Source: Eledone cirrhosa
Taxonomy: Eukaryota
DNA length: 64,000 nt
Direction: 5' to 3'
NCBI GenBank assembly: GCA_964016885.1
Contig: OZ024748.1
Span: forward strand, 47,492,001 to 47,556,000
Of the stretch, positions 12,818 to 25,003 are shown one piece after another; position 1 is the first letter of the stretch; each line of letters begins with the position of its first letter. The notes beneath the pieces are model-generated. The model was not told where the DNA came from, did no database searches, and saw nothing but the letters and a program-made list of their open reading frames with translations. The position numbers were made by a program, and so were the translations under genes.

Positions 12818-13330
12818 CTTGGTGAGGAGGGTGACTTTGGACATCCTGCAGGACTAAAAACAAAACCTGTCAAAGGGCAAAGGAGCTCTTAAGAGTCAAT
12901 GGCCATCCAAAATCACCGGGAGAGATGACCCCTTAGCCTTTATCAAGGCAGAATTCTAGAAGGAAAACTCTGATATAACACCTGCAACTCTGATGGTATC
13001 CAATGATGTTGACTTGTTCTTCTTTTTGGTAAATATCATCTTGGTTAAGAGAGTGGGACTGGCTTTGTGCAGTGCCTTTGCTCACTATAAAAGCTTCACG
13101 GCACAGGCATTGCTTTATATCTGGAGATCTCTCTGCACTTGTCGTCACATGGTACCATGGGCCCAGCACTATGTGTCAATAATTGTCACAAGTGTAGTGT
13201 TTGTACCAGAGTTTTCAAGTCGCTGGCTGGAGTAAAAAGTCACACTCGTTCAGCGCATCGGTAGGGGTTCTCCTACATGGATATAAAGTAGTGGCCGTAC
13301 TTGAAAACGAGTTGGCAGCCACCATGTATA
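12818..13330 (+). mobile_element. Non-autonomous bipartite RTE-LINE derivative (longer copy)
   Basis: Starts cttggtgaggag..., carries gaaggaaaactctga and the same C2H2-like 3' remnant, and ends cagccaccatgta. Confidence 0.7.
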
Positions 13331-14580
13331 TAGTAATATGTATTTTGGTAGGTGGATTGTTAAGTAGCGTAAATAAATATCGATATAGATAGATGGATAG
13401 ATATATAAGTAGATAAATATGCGTAGAAAGGTAGGTAGACATATCTATGTACGTGTTTTGGCAGGTAGATAAGTATAGGTATGTGAAAAAAGAGATAGGT
13501 ATGTGAGTGTGTTGGTAAATAGATAGGTATTATAGGTATATTTTTATATTATAGTATTCAAATTTAGTTATATTTAATGTGAACAAATTATATTCACATA
13601 TGACTGCCTGAAGAAAATCTTACACAACAGGACAGACCTCGTCGTTATAGTCACTGAAATATTAAATAATAAAAGCTCTGTGCTTCATAGATAACTGCCT
13701 AGGTGACCCTAAAGACATAAAAGGGCAAGTGAGAAGCTATGATAAGAGATTATAGTTGAAGAATGGCGCGAAAGTTCCATTCTATTGAGAAAGGTCAAAG
13801 AACGAAACAAGAATTATGAAATCGATAGCAGCAAAAATATATAAATATATTTCTTTTTCTTCCTTACTATCATTTGGCACTGGCATCAAGTATGGAATTG
13901 TAACAAAGTAGACAACAGCGTTATGCCCTCTTGGAGAAGCTGTTTCTCTGTGGAAAGGTTTCATATAAATTTTGCGAAATAACAACCGAAAGGGAGACAT
14001 CAATAATACATTTAAGAAGGGACCGCTTCATAATTTGAAAAGACTTACAATGTGTGGACGTCACCTTTGCTGAGATGTATGCAATATTCCATTCAACAAA
14101 TGTCTTATGAATTGCAAATTTTCGATTTAGAGATATAGCAGTATATACATTCTAAGTTCTATCTTTGATCTCCGACTTTCTTCTGTGAATGTGGATTACA
14201 GTTTTACGTCTATTTTTTTCCATAGTTTGCACCGGTTGGACGATGCCTCTCGCTTATCGGGATTTTATGAGAGTTAACAGACCGAGAGCAAACTTTGTGA
14301 AATCTACTTCACGTACTGTACTTTCTAATCTAGCGTGCAATTCACATAATTAAACACACACACACACATATATATATATAATACTAGTACTACTACTACT
14401 ACTAATAATAATAATAATAATAAGACGATTTGTTATGTCTTCAATACGCTTATTGAGTGGCGACGCGCGTTTCGCAGTTGACCAGCTCAAGGTTCGATCT
14501 GTATCGATCTGGGCCCAACCCTGGAATCAGAAGTTCATCGAACCTCTGCTGTAATAAGATTTATATTATATTATATTTAT

Positions 14581-14751
14581 CGATAGAGGGTCGGACGCCA
14601 TGCTTTCCAGCATAGTTACGTCCCTTTACGATCTGAGTTCAAATCCCGCCGAGGTTGACTTTGCCTTTCATCCCTACGGGGTCGATAAAATAAAGTACCA
14701 GTAATGCACTGGGTAATTGCTGGCCTTGTGCCTAAAATAGAAACAGTTATT
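14581..14751 (+). mobile_element. SINE copy (5' end eroded)
   Basis: B box, core and tail present. Confidence 0.9.
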
Positions 14752-14807
14752 TAAGTTCATAAACAGAATAACGACGACCGCTACCATAGGTTTCAAGTCC
14801 CATTATT

Positions 14808-14917
14808 GAATCCCGCCGAGGTTGACTTTGCCTTTCATCCTTACGGGGTCGATAAAATAAAGTACCAGTAATGCACTGGGTAATTGCTAGCCTTGTGCCT
14901 AAAGTAGAAACAATTAT
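14808..14917 (+). mobile_element. SINE copy, 5'-truncated
   Basis: Core and tail present. Confidence 0.88.
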
Positions 14918-14986
14918 TGATCCAGATTGCAAGAGGGAGCAAAACTATGATCTAATCTTCAGGCAATTATACAGAGTTTCCCACCA

Positions 14987-15025
<39 letters not shown>

Positions 15026-15256
15026 GAAACACACAGATACATGCGGACACACACATACATACACGAATGCATCCGCACCCAACTGTGAGTTAAGGGTGCC
15101 AACTTCACCGATGTTGCTCAATGAATGACTGGGACAGACCAATTCAGTTTGAACCAGACTGAACCAGTATCAGAGTTAAAAATACATTATGAAGAGAGAA
15201 GAAACATTTAGATATAATTAGTAATAAAATGTATCATACCTATACTGCTCCTAAAT

Positions 15257-15344
15257 TCCTCGACTACGTAGTTTCGTGGCATAAACAAAAACAATATATC
15301 AAAGATATAGAGTCCTTGCGAGGTCTGCCAACTTATCAAGAGGA
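15257..15344 (-). ncRNA. Type I hammerhead ribozyme with a U3:A8 core variant
   Basis: Minus strand reads UCCUC-UUGAUAA-GUUGGCA...UGCCAC-GAAAC-UACGUA-GUC-GAGGA: 5-bp stem I, stem II, palindromic stem III and a GUC cleavage triplet. Confidence 0.75.
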
Positions 15345-15409
15345 TACCTCATTTTACTAGTCTCAAGAACGCGTCTACACGACGTATATATATATAAGTA
15401 TGTGTACGC

Positions 15410-15446
<37 letters not shown>

Positions 15447-15671
15447 TATATATATAAACACACACACACTCACATATGTAGACGATATATAATACCTCGT
15501 TAAGTGGGTAACATGTACTAATTCACACGTTTTAATTAAATAAACATACAATGAAGATGCTGCTTAACAGACACAACATCGTATCTGCATACACACACAC
15601 ACACGCACATACACACACACATACACACACATACACACACATACATATATATATAATGAGAGAGTGCGAGA

Positions 15672-15733
<62 letters not shown>

Positions 15734-15910
15734 TCTGGGCATGTGCGTGTGTATATAGTTATATATAAAGAGAAAGAGATATGTGTGTGTATGCACTTGT
15801 ATATATATAAAATTAAAGAGAGAGAAAGAGAGAGGGGGGGAGAGGGGGAGAGAGAGTGAGAGGGGGAGAGACTGAGAGGGGGAGAGAGAGTGAGAAGGAG
15901 AGGGAGACAA

Positions 15911-15954
<44 letters not shown>

Positions 15955-16359
15955 AGAGATATGTGTGTACGCATCTATATATAATTATATATATATAGTG
16001 AGAGGAAATTAAGAGAGGCAGGAGATTGTGCGATTGTTATGCCCACTCCTAGATAGAGCCATCAAACACACATGACTGACTTAACTTCTTCCTATTCGTT
16101 TAAACAACACCACATTCATCTAACATCTCTAATTATGTTAGACTAAATAAACTCATGATATTTCTCATCTAATTTTCTGCTTCAAATACGAAGTTTCACT
16201 TTGAAAATATGATAACCTCATTGAAACTTTAGTGGACTGTTTCACTATTCGACATTTACGATGAAACTCTTACTTTCTAGTTGGACATATCGTTGACTGA
16301 CTCAGAATATAGGCAGAATAGATGTTATATGTAATCCACGAGCTCCGCTGGTCTCGCTT

Positions 16360-16430
16360 CGAGATCCAGTCGGATCATTTGGGAAAATGTTGCTTCTGAC
16401 AGGACCAGCTGGAAGGAGTTTTTGAGGACT
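16360..16430 (+). mobile_element. Old RTE-like LINE 3' coding remnant
   Basis: Translates WENVASDRTSWK, resembling the RTE C-terminal WE..A.DR..W motif. Confidence 0.4.
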
Positions 16431-16739
16431 CTGCAAATTCTATAAAGACATATTTTCCTAGGTCAGATGTGAGAATTAGCTTTTTTTCTTTTGGGTTTTG
16501 TCGTTTATTTTATTGATTTTTTTCTTCCTTACTTTCAGAAAGTGGTGGTTTAGTTCAGTCTACAGTAGTTTGAATATATAGTGGAGAGTTTAAAAGTTGT
16601 CATATATCGCAGGCATTTTTGGCAATATTTATTCAATAAAGTTCAGTTGGATTATATTTTATTTGCATAGAAAAAAAGGAGAAAAAATGTGAATAAAATT
16701 AAATAGCAAAAGTAAAAGAACAGAAAAAAACCAGCGAGA

Positions 16740-17235
16740 GAATCTACACTCCAGTCTGGGTAGTATATCTAGCTAAGCCACATGGAGAAAATGGTGAAGG
16801 CATTATCGCAGATAACACCCAGTGACACCCACTACATCAGCCAATAATCCTGGCGGTGCTCCTTCCTCATGCGTGAATCACTATTCACAATTCTGCGGAG
16901 GAAAATGGCAGTTCAGTGACCGAGGACTCCAGAGGTCATTACGTTGACCCACTCTCTGAATGCGTTTACCCGAAATGAAGAACTGGTCTACTTCATTGGA
17001 TGCAAGCGTAGTCGCAGGTTTTATATTAAAGTGACCTTCTCCTAGAGAGACGTCTTAATGAAAACTCGGAGTCTCCCGCGTTGACGGTCCAGGGTTTCTC
17101 CGGCCTTTAACTGGTCTCGTTTTTCATCCCGCAGTGTGTCCGAAATAAGTCTCCTCACCAAGCAAGCTTGAGGGCGTTGCCGGTTTAGTCGCCAACAACG
17201 CGACCATGCACAGGTTGTACTGGGTTGCATGTTAC
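16740..17235 (-). mobile_element. RTE-related element 5' region with an HDV-like ribozyme remnant
   Basis: Minus strand has cttggtgaggag...ggaca..ctgc.gga..aaaaac and ctaggagaagg...atataaaacct, homologous to the 5' part of 12818-13330. Confidence 0.55.
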
Positions 17236-17555
17236 CAGTAGCGCTGAAGAGCGACCTAATATTATATATATATATAGAATAATTATTATTTTAATTATTT
17301 TACGTTACTCAGGAGTGAACAAACCAACCTGCGTACTTCGTCGAGTGCTCCAATCTGCATACTTAGGTGTCGGTAAATAACCAACATATACAACAAAAAA
17401 AATATATATACATATATATACATACATAAATATTTATATATATATATATATATACATACATACACAAATAAATGTATATATATATATATATATATATAAA
17501 TGAAAGGTATAGAAAGTATTGTAGCAAGAAGCCAACAGTATTCCATAATATATAT

Positions 17556-17810
17556 AGCAGCTTCTCTTACAACTAATACATGCTGATACACATCCTTATA
17601 TGAACATGCTTTTGCTCATAGCTTTGTACTTACATGCACACACACTCTTTTACTCACATATACACACACATTTCTTCATAGCTTCGTACAGACCTATAAT
17701 AACACACACAGACAAATACACACACACACATAAACACATGCTTACGCACGTGCTCAAGTATAGCTCTTTTTACAAAACGGTTTTATTTCCATTTCAGGTA
17801 GACGCGCATA
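17556..17810 (+). repeat. Pseudo-LTR copy 1 of a Penelope-like element (direct repeat of 19060-19350)
   Basis: agcttctcttacaactaatacatgctgatacacatcc...ttcaggtagacgcg occurs twice around the GIY-YIG fragment. Confidence 0.8.
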
Positions 17811-17871
17811 TATATATATGGAAAAAATGAAACGAAATTTCATTTCTCACTCTTAGCACGGCTGTTATATA

Positions 17872-18340
17872 AATATAAGTATGTATACGTACATACATAT
17901 ATGTATACAGACGTACAGTAGTATGTATATATATACATACATGCACACATATATATATATATACGTATGGGTTTACCGAACATTTATTATGATGCTCGGT
18001 TTCTTTGTAAACAAACAGCCCAAATTAAGCCGTACAGTGTTTAGCAAACATCGTTGTCCTTTTGTTCAACACTGAAAAAGGAACGATGTACTAGTTTCAA
18101 GGTTATTAGCTATCGTCAGCATCGTATACCCTTCTTTGTCAGTGTTGAACAAAAGGGCAACGATGGTTGCTAAACACAGCACGGCTTAATTCGAGATGTT
18201 TGTTTACAAACAAACCAAGCATTATAATACATGTTCGGTAAACTCATACGTACATATATATATGTGTGCATGTATGTATATATATACATACTACTGTACG
18301 TCTGTATACATATATGTATGTACGTATACATACTTATATA
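17872..18340. mobile_element. ~200-bp inverted repeat with a ~55-bp spacer (MITE-like/fold-back element)
   Basis: 17875-18078 is the reverse complement of 18136-18337; the same peptide appears on both strands in the ORF track. A related single arm lies at about 8445-8582. Confidence 0.8.
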
Positions 18341-18407
18341 TACTTTATATATATATATATATATACTACTGTACGTCTGTATACATATGTGTATGTACGT
18401 ATACATA

Positions 18408-18518
<111 letters not shown>

Positions 18519-18615
18519 TATATATATATATATATACATATATACATACATGTACGTATATATGTATTTATAAACGCACACATATCTCTCTCTCTCATAT
18601 ATATGTGTGTGTGTG

Positions 18616-19005
18616 TGTTGCAACACTTGTCCCTTTATTTCCACCCTCACTACTCTTACAGGCCCTAACGGGTCTTTAAGTATCCGCCATTCCTTCACCT
18701 GCACATCCACCCACGTTGTCTATGCCCTCCGGTGTTCCCTTTGCGGGTCTTTATATATCGGACAAACGGGACGCCGTACGGCGGACCGTTTTGCCGAACA
18801 TTTGAGGGACATCAGACTCGGTTTGGATACTCCTGTCGCCCGTCATTTCTGTTCTCCTGGTCATTCTTCCTTACATGTTTCAGTCCTGGGGGTCCTTTTA
18901 CATCATGGATCACAGGCCTCACGCACCAGGACTGAACAAAGTCTGATTCACCGCCTTGGGTCTTATTCCCCTATTGGACTCAACTCACCTCCCCAATTTC
19001 TCTAA
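18616..19005 (+). pseudogene. Penelope-like (Neptune-type) GIY-YIG endonuclease 3' fragment
   Basis: [41 protein letters not shown]...VARHF...EQSLIHRLGSYSPIGLN. Confidence 0.9.
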
Positions 19006-19059
19006 TACCCCGTCCATTAACACATCCCTAGATTCCTATCGCTTTCTCTTGATCATTAT

Positions 19060-19199
19060 CAGCTTCTCTTACAACTAATACATGCTGATACACATCCTTA
19101 TATGAACATGCTTTTGCTCATAGCTTCGTACTTACATGCACACACACTCTTTTACTCACATATACACACACATTTCTTCTTAGCTTCGTACAGACCTAT

Positions 19200-19284
<85 letters not shown>

Positions 19285-19350
19285 CTTACGCACGTGTTCA
19301 AGTATAGCTCTTTTTACAAAACGGTTTTATTTCCATTTCAGGTAGACGCG
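19060..19350 (+). repeat. Pseudo-LTR copy 2
   Basis: Direct repeat of 17556-17810 with an expanded (CA)n. Confidence 0.8.
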
Positions 19351-19414
<64 letters not shown>

Positions 19415-19421
19415 GTGTGTG

Positions 19422-19488
<67 letters not shown>

Positions 19489-19526
19489 GTGTGTGTGTAT
19501 ATATGTATATATATATATATACACAC

Positions 19527-19574
<48 letters not shown>

Positions 19575-19610
19575 GTGTGTGTGTATATATGTATATATAT
19601 ATATACACAC

Positions 19611-19706
<96 letters not shown>

Positions 19707-20165
19707 CATCCTGCCGGGCCTTGAAGTGTTAAAGTAAAATACAACCTGCCACTTTACCCACTGATATCTGGGGAGTATATCGATTACTTTGATTATGAAT
19801 TCGATCTCTAACAGAAACAATATTAGCACCGAATCTTTAGGGTTTGTATCAGAGACATCTCCCTTTGCTTTCTTGGGATTCATTCATTTCATTTATTCTT
19901 TCTTCCTCTCTTTCCTCATATTATTATTATTATTATTATTATTGTTGTTATTATTATTATTGTTGTTATTATTGTTGTTATTATTATTATTGTTGTTATT
20001 ATTGTTATTATTCTCCTTCTCATACAATCGAATGTAAATATAATAAACACACACGTATACACACACAAACTCACGTATATATACACACTCATACACTCAC
20101 ACACACAACACATATATATATATACACATATAGACAAGAACACAAAAACACACACATATATATAG

Positions 20166-20218
<53 letters not shown>

Positions 20219-20253
20219 GACAAGAACACAAAAACACACACATATATATATAG

Positions 20254-20306
<53 letters not shown>

Positions 20307-20392
20307 GACAGGAACACAAAGACACACATATTTAGACAAACACACACACACACACATATAGATAGGAACACAAAAACACATATATAGAGACG

Positions 20393-20429
<37 letters not shown>

Positions 20430-20432
<3 letters not shown>

Positions 20433-20828
20433 AACGCACACAATTATATATACACACATACACACATATATATATACCAACATACGCACAGAAACACGCA
20501 TATATATATATAATATACATTCATACACAAAGACACACACACACACACACATATATACACACACACACACACACATATATACACACACATACACATATGT
20601 ATATACAGACATACGCACAGAAACACGCACATATATATATAATATACATTCATACACAAAGACACACACACACACACACATATACACACATATATATATA
20701 TAAACGCACACAATTATATATATACACACACATACACATATATATATACAGACATACGCACAGAAACACGCATATATATATATAATATACATTCATACAC
20801 AAAGACACACACACACACACACATATAT

Positions 20829-20867
<39 letters not shown>

Positions 20868-20985
20868 TATATATATATATAAACGCACACAATTATATAT
20901 ATACACACATACACACATATATATATATACCGACATACGCACAGAAACACGCATATATATATATAATATACATTCATACACAAAG

Positions 20986-21026
<41 letters not shown>

Positions 21027-21110
21027 AACACACACAATCATATATATACACACATATATATATACCGACATACGCACATATATATATAATATACATTCAT
21101 ACACAAAGAG
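20430..21110. repeat. Tandem ~120-190 bp CA/TA-rich units (catacgcacagaaacacgca...cattcatacacaaagac)
   Basis: The anchor motifs recur about 5 times. Confidence 0.8.
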
Positions 21111-21627
21111 ACACACACACACACACACACACACACACAGCCAGACACAGTAACACACACAGCCATACACACATCCACACATACACATACACAATTATAG
21201 ATCTCTACCAGTAAGTGGGGAAAACAATAACAAATCCAGATTAGTTCTCGCAGAATTCCACTGGAATCAAATTCCAGCTTGAAATTGTTTTTCGAATTGA
21301 ATTCTTCAGTGATGAAGTGGTGTGTCTTATTAATACTGACAGTATCTCATAAATATGGATTTCATGTCCTTTTTCTGGTTAGATTTTGGTAAAGGAAGGA
21401 CGGGGAAGAGCTGGGTGGGATGAAATTACTTGATTGTTGTTTGTAGACAACCCCACATATATTACTGCTACATTATTTACAGAACTCTCAAATAGAGATG
21501 TAATCTATGAAGCAATTTTATTTGTTATGAAGTAATTTCACTTGTTGAAGCATACTAGTCTATAGTCAATGCTATGGTCCCTTTGTTTGTGAATGTATCT
21601 TAGGGGCGTTGCGGTGATGGTATTATT

Positions 21628-22001
21628 AGATTAGCTGTATCCGTAGAGGGTCGGATGCCATGCTTTTCAGCATAGAGTTACAGCCCTTTACGGTCTGAGT
21701 TCAAATCCCGACGACGTTAACTTTGCCTTTCTTCCTTACGGGGTCGATAAAATAAAGTACCAGTAATGCACTGGGCTAATTGCTTGCCTTGTGCCAAGAG
21801 TAGAAACAATTATTAGATTGGCAGTATCGGTAGAGGGTCGGATGCCATGCTTTGCACCACAGAGTTACGGCCCTTTACGGTCTGAGTTCAAATCCCGACG
21901 ACGTTAACTTTGCCGTTCATCCTTACGGGGTCGATAAATTAAAGCACCAGTAATGTACTGGGGTAATTGCTGGCCTTGTGCCAAATGTAGAAACAATTAT
22001 T
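21628..22001 (+). mobile_element. Two head-to-tail SINE copies (about 21628-21814 and 21815-22001)
   Basis: Two consecutive A box/B box/core/tail units. Confidence 0.9.
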
Positions 22002-22120
22002 GATATTATAATTATTTGAAACTTATTAGATTCTGCTTCTTTCCCAAATCATTCCTCGGGTGTCAGGCTGACACCCGAGGCATGATTTGGTAATACACAC
22101 ACTTTATAATCGACTGTCAT

Positions 22121-22309
22121 GGTGGATTGGCAGTATCGGTAGAGGATCGGATGCCATGCTTTGAAGCATAGAGTTACCTCCCTGTATGATCTGAGTTCAA
22201 ATCCCGCCGAGGTTAACTTTGCCTTTCATTCTTCTGGGGTCGATAAAATAAAGTACCAGTAATGCACTGGGTAATTGCTGGTCTTGTGCCTAAAGTAGAA
22301 ACAATTATC
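22121..22309 (+). mobile_element. SINE, full length
   Basis: ggtggattggcagtatcggt...aagtagaaacaattat. Confidence 0.92.
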
Positions 22310-22314
22310 ATTAT

Positions 22315-22520
22315 CTAAATACTTTCCATGTATCCAATGGAATCTTCTAGCTTCCATCTTCCCAATGGAAGCTTCTAAATACTTTCTATCTACCCAATGT
22401 AACCTTCTAGTTTCCATCTACCTATTGGAACCTTCTAAGTATGTTTCATCGACCCAATGGAAGCTTCTAGTTTCCATCTTCTTAATGGAACCTTCTAAAT
22501 AGTCTCCATTTACCCAATTT
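22315..22520. repeat. Degenerate ~30-bp minisatellite (ccaatggaaccttctagtttccatct)
   Basis: Direct inspection. Confidence 0.7.
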
Positions 22521-22776
22521 CACTCATACGGAATGAGTATATTTGGGGCTTTGACAAAAGAAACTTGCTCAACATGTCACGCGGTGGGATCAACCCCGTT
22601 GCATTATGATATTTGATTCTATAGACTTGAGAAAGGATCGATAAGATCCCAGACCTCGTTCGATTACAGAGTGTTCTGGAACTCGTCAAATCGGACCGAG
22701 GAAACAATGTTTCCATTGGTCTTACCATTGCTGATACTATTTATTGGTCGTAACTTCTGAGAAATAGAGCAACGGA

Positions 22777-22886
22777 AAATAAAGTGTCTTGCTTAAGGAG
22801 CTAACTGATCGGCTGATCCAGGAACCGAACTCGCAACTTCACGATTGCGAATCCAATTCTATAACCACTAGGCTACGCAACTTCAC
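22777..22886 (-). mobile_element. Head of a second tRNA-derived SINE family
   Basis: Minus strand: gcgtagcctagtggtta (A box)...gagttcggttcc (B box-like)...ccttaagcaagacacttta. Confidence 0.6.
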
Positions 22887-23394
22887 CCATATGTGAATTA
22901 ATATCCCTCAAATAACACATTACTGTCTTTAATTAATAAAATTTGAGTTGGATAATGTTTACTTAAATACAATCTGTGGTTAAAAGAAGAAAAAAAACCT
23001 GAAAAGCGTTGGCGTTGAGACAAGACGAGTCAGGACAACCTTTGATTAAATGTCCGTCTTGGGGTCAATCAAGACTGACATGAAGAGAAGGGAAGTCATA
23101 GAACAACATCGACATCTTCCACCTCTTCCCCATCAGCATCATCAGCAGCAGTGATAAAAACAGCATAACCAACAGCAGCAGCAACAACATAGATACAAAC
23201 CAAATGTAATTTTCAATGAAGAAACTGTAATAGATCTGTTCTTTGTTTAAATGTACGGATGGCAAAAAGTCAATGTGGGAATCCTACAGACTTAATGTCT
23301 CACAAATATTGAGTTTGATTTTGTTGTTGTTGCTCTTTTTTGTAATTGTTGTTGTTTTATCAATTCACAAGACATTAAGTACATGGAATATATA

Positions 23395-23698
23395 ACTGTT
23401 TCTACTTTTGGCACAAGGCCAGCAATTATCCCAGTGTATTACTGGTACTTTATTTTATCGACCCCCGTAAGAATGAAAGGCAAAGTTAACCTCGGCAGGA
23501 TTTGAATTCAGACTATAAAGGGCCGTAATTCTATGCTGCAAAGAATGGCGTCCGACCTTCTACCAATACTGCCAATCCACCGCCCTACTCATGGAATATA
23601 TAATTGTTTCTACTTTTGGCACAAGGCCAGCAAATACCTAGTGTATTACTGGTACTTTATTTTATCGACCCCATAAGGACAAAAGGCAAAGTTAACTC
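23395..23698 (-). mobile_element. SINE full copy (23395-23585) plus a truncated copy (23600-23698)
   Basis: Family consensus on the minus strand; catggaatatataa occurs three times at the boundaries. Confidence 0.88.
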
Positions 23699-23719
23699 AT
23701 GGAATATATAATGAATATG

Positions 23720-23945
23720 AAAAATAGCCGTTTTGGAAGCCTCAACAAAGCAGATGGGTAAATCTCCGGGTATGAAGATCAGGTGGCATTGATGAAGGGA
23801 GAAGTAGGAGGAAACGTAGAAAGCGAAGTAGAGAACGTAAACGAATATAAGAAAGGTGTAAAAAATAAAAAAGCGATAGAGTTACCTGGAAGCGATTTAA
23901 TAATCCCTATATTTCGGATTTCACATCCATCAACGAGGTTTTTCT
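23720..23945 (-). mobile_element. Penelope-like pLTR remnant with two degenerate hammerhead-like motifs (homologous to 42620-42880)
   Basis: Shares ttggaagcctc.aca..gcagatgggtaaatctccgggta and gagttacct...atttaa...ccctatatttcggat.tcacatccatc with the 42.6-42.9 kb copy. Confidence 0.55.
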
Positions 23946-24563
23946 TTGTGATAATGAATGCTGGTGGTGGTGTGGTGATGGGGGGAGGGTGTCGAAGGTA
24001 GTGGTGGTGGTGGTGGTGATGGTGGTGGTGGTGGCGGTAGTGATGATGATGGTGGCGGTGGTGCTGGTGTTTGTGGTGGTGCTGGTGGTGTTGGTTATGG
24101 TAATGGCGGTGGTGCTGTGCTGGTGGTGGTGTGCTGGTGGTGGTGGTGTTGGTGATGGTGGTGTGTTGGTGGTGTGGTGATGGGGGGGTCGATGGTAGTG
24201 GTAGTGGTGGTGGTGGTGATGGTGATGTCTATGGTGGTGCTGGTGGTAGTGTGATGATGGTGGCGGTGGTGGCGGTAGTGATGATGATGGTGGCGGTGGT
24301 GGTGGTGCTGCTGGTGTTTGTGGTGGTACTGGTGGTGTTGGTTATGGTAATGGCGGTGGTGCTGTGCTGGTGGTGGTGGTGTGCTGGTGGTGGTGGTGTT
24401 GGTGATGGTGGTGGTGTGCTGGTAGTGGTGGTGGCAAATGAAGAACTGAGATAAATATATTCTGACATCGTTCCTGAATTGTGCACATGCAACACGTTGT
24501 GCAGATTTACATGTATTCAAACGCACACACACACACACATATGCACGTACACAGACATATGTT

Positions 24564-24597
<34 letters not shown>

Positions 24598-24772
24598 AAA
24601 ATACTGCAGGTAGCACATGGATAACATGTAATAAAATAAGTCCCTCATCAGTTATATATATATATATATATATACACACACAAGTTGGCCCAAATAAATG
24701 TATACACACTTTGATTACCTGTACAGACAATATTTATTTGAATGATGCTGAAGTCTGTATACATTTTGGGGG

Positions 24773-24920
<148 letters not shown>

Positions 24921-24928
24921 CATACATG

Positions 24929-25000
<72 letters not shown>

Positions 25001-25003
<3 letters not shown>

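Noticed and set aside
10774-13330. LTR retrotransposon (direct repeats around RT-like sequence)
   Set aside because: The repeats lack matching TG...CA termini and differ in 5' extent. The interior is a non-LTR RLE element on the opposite strand.
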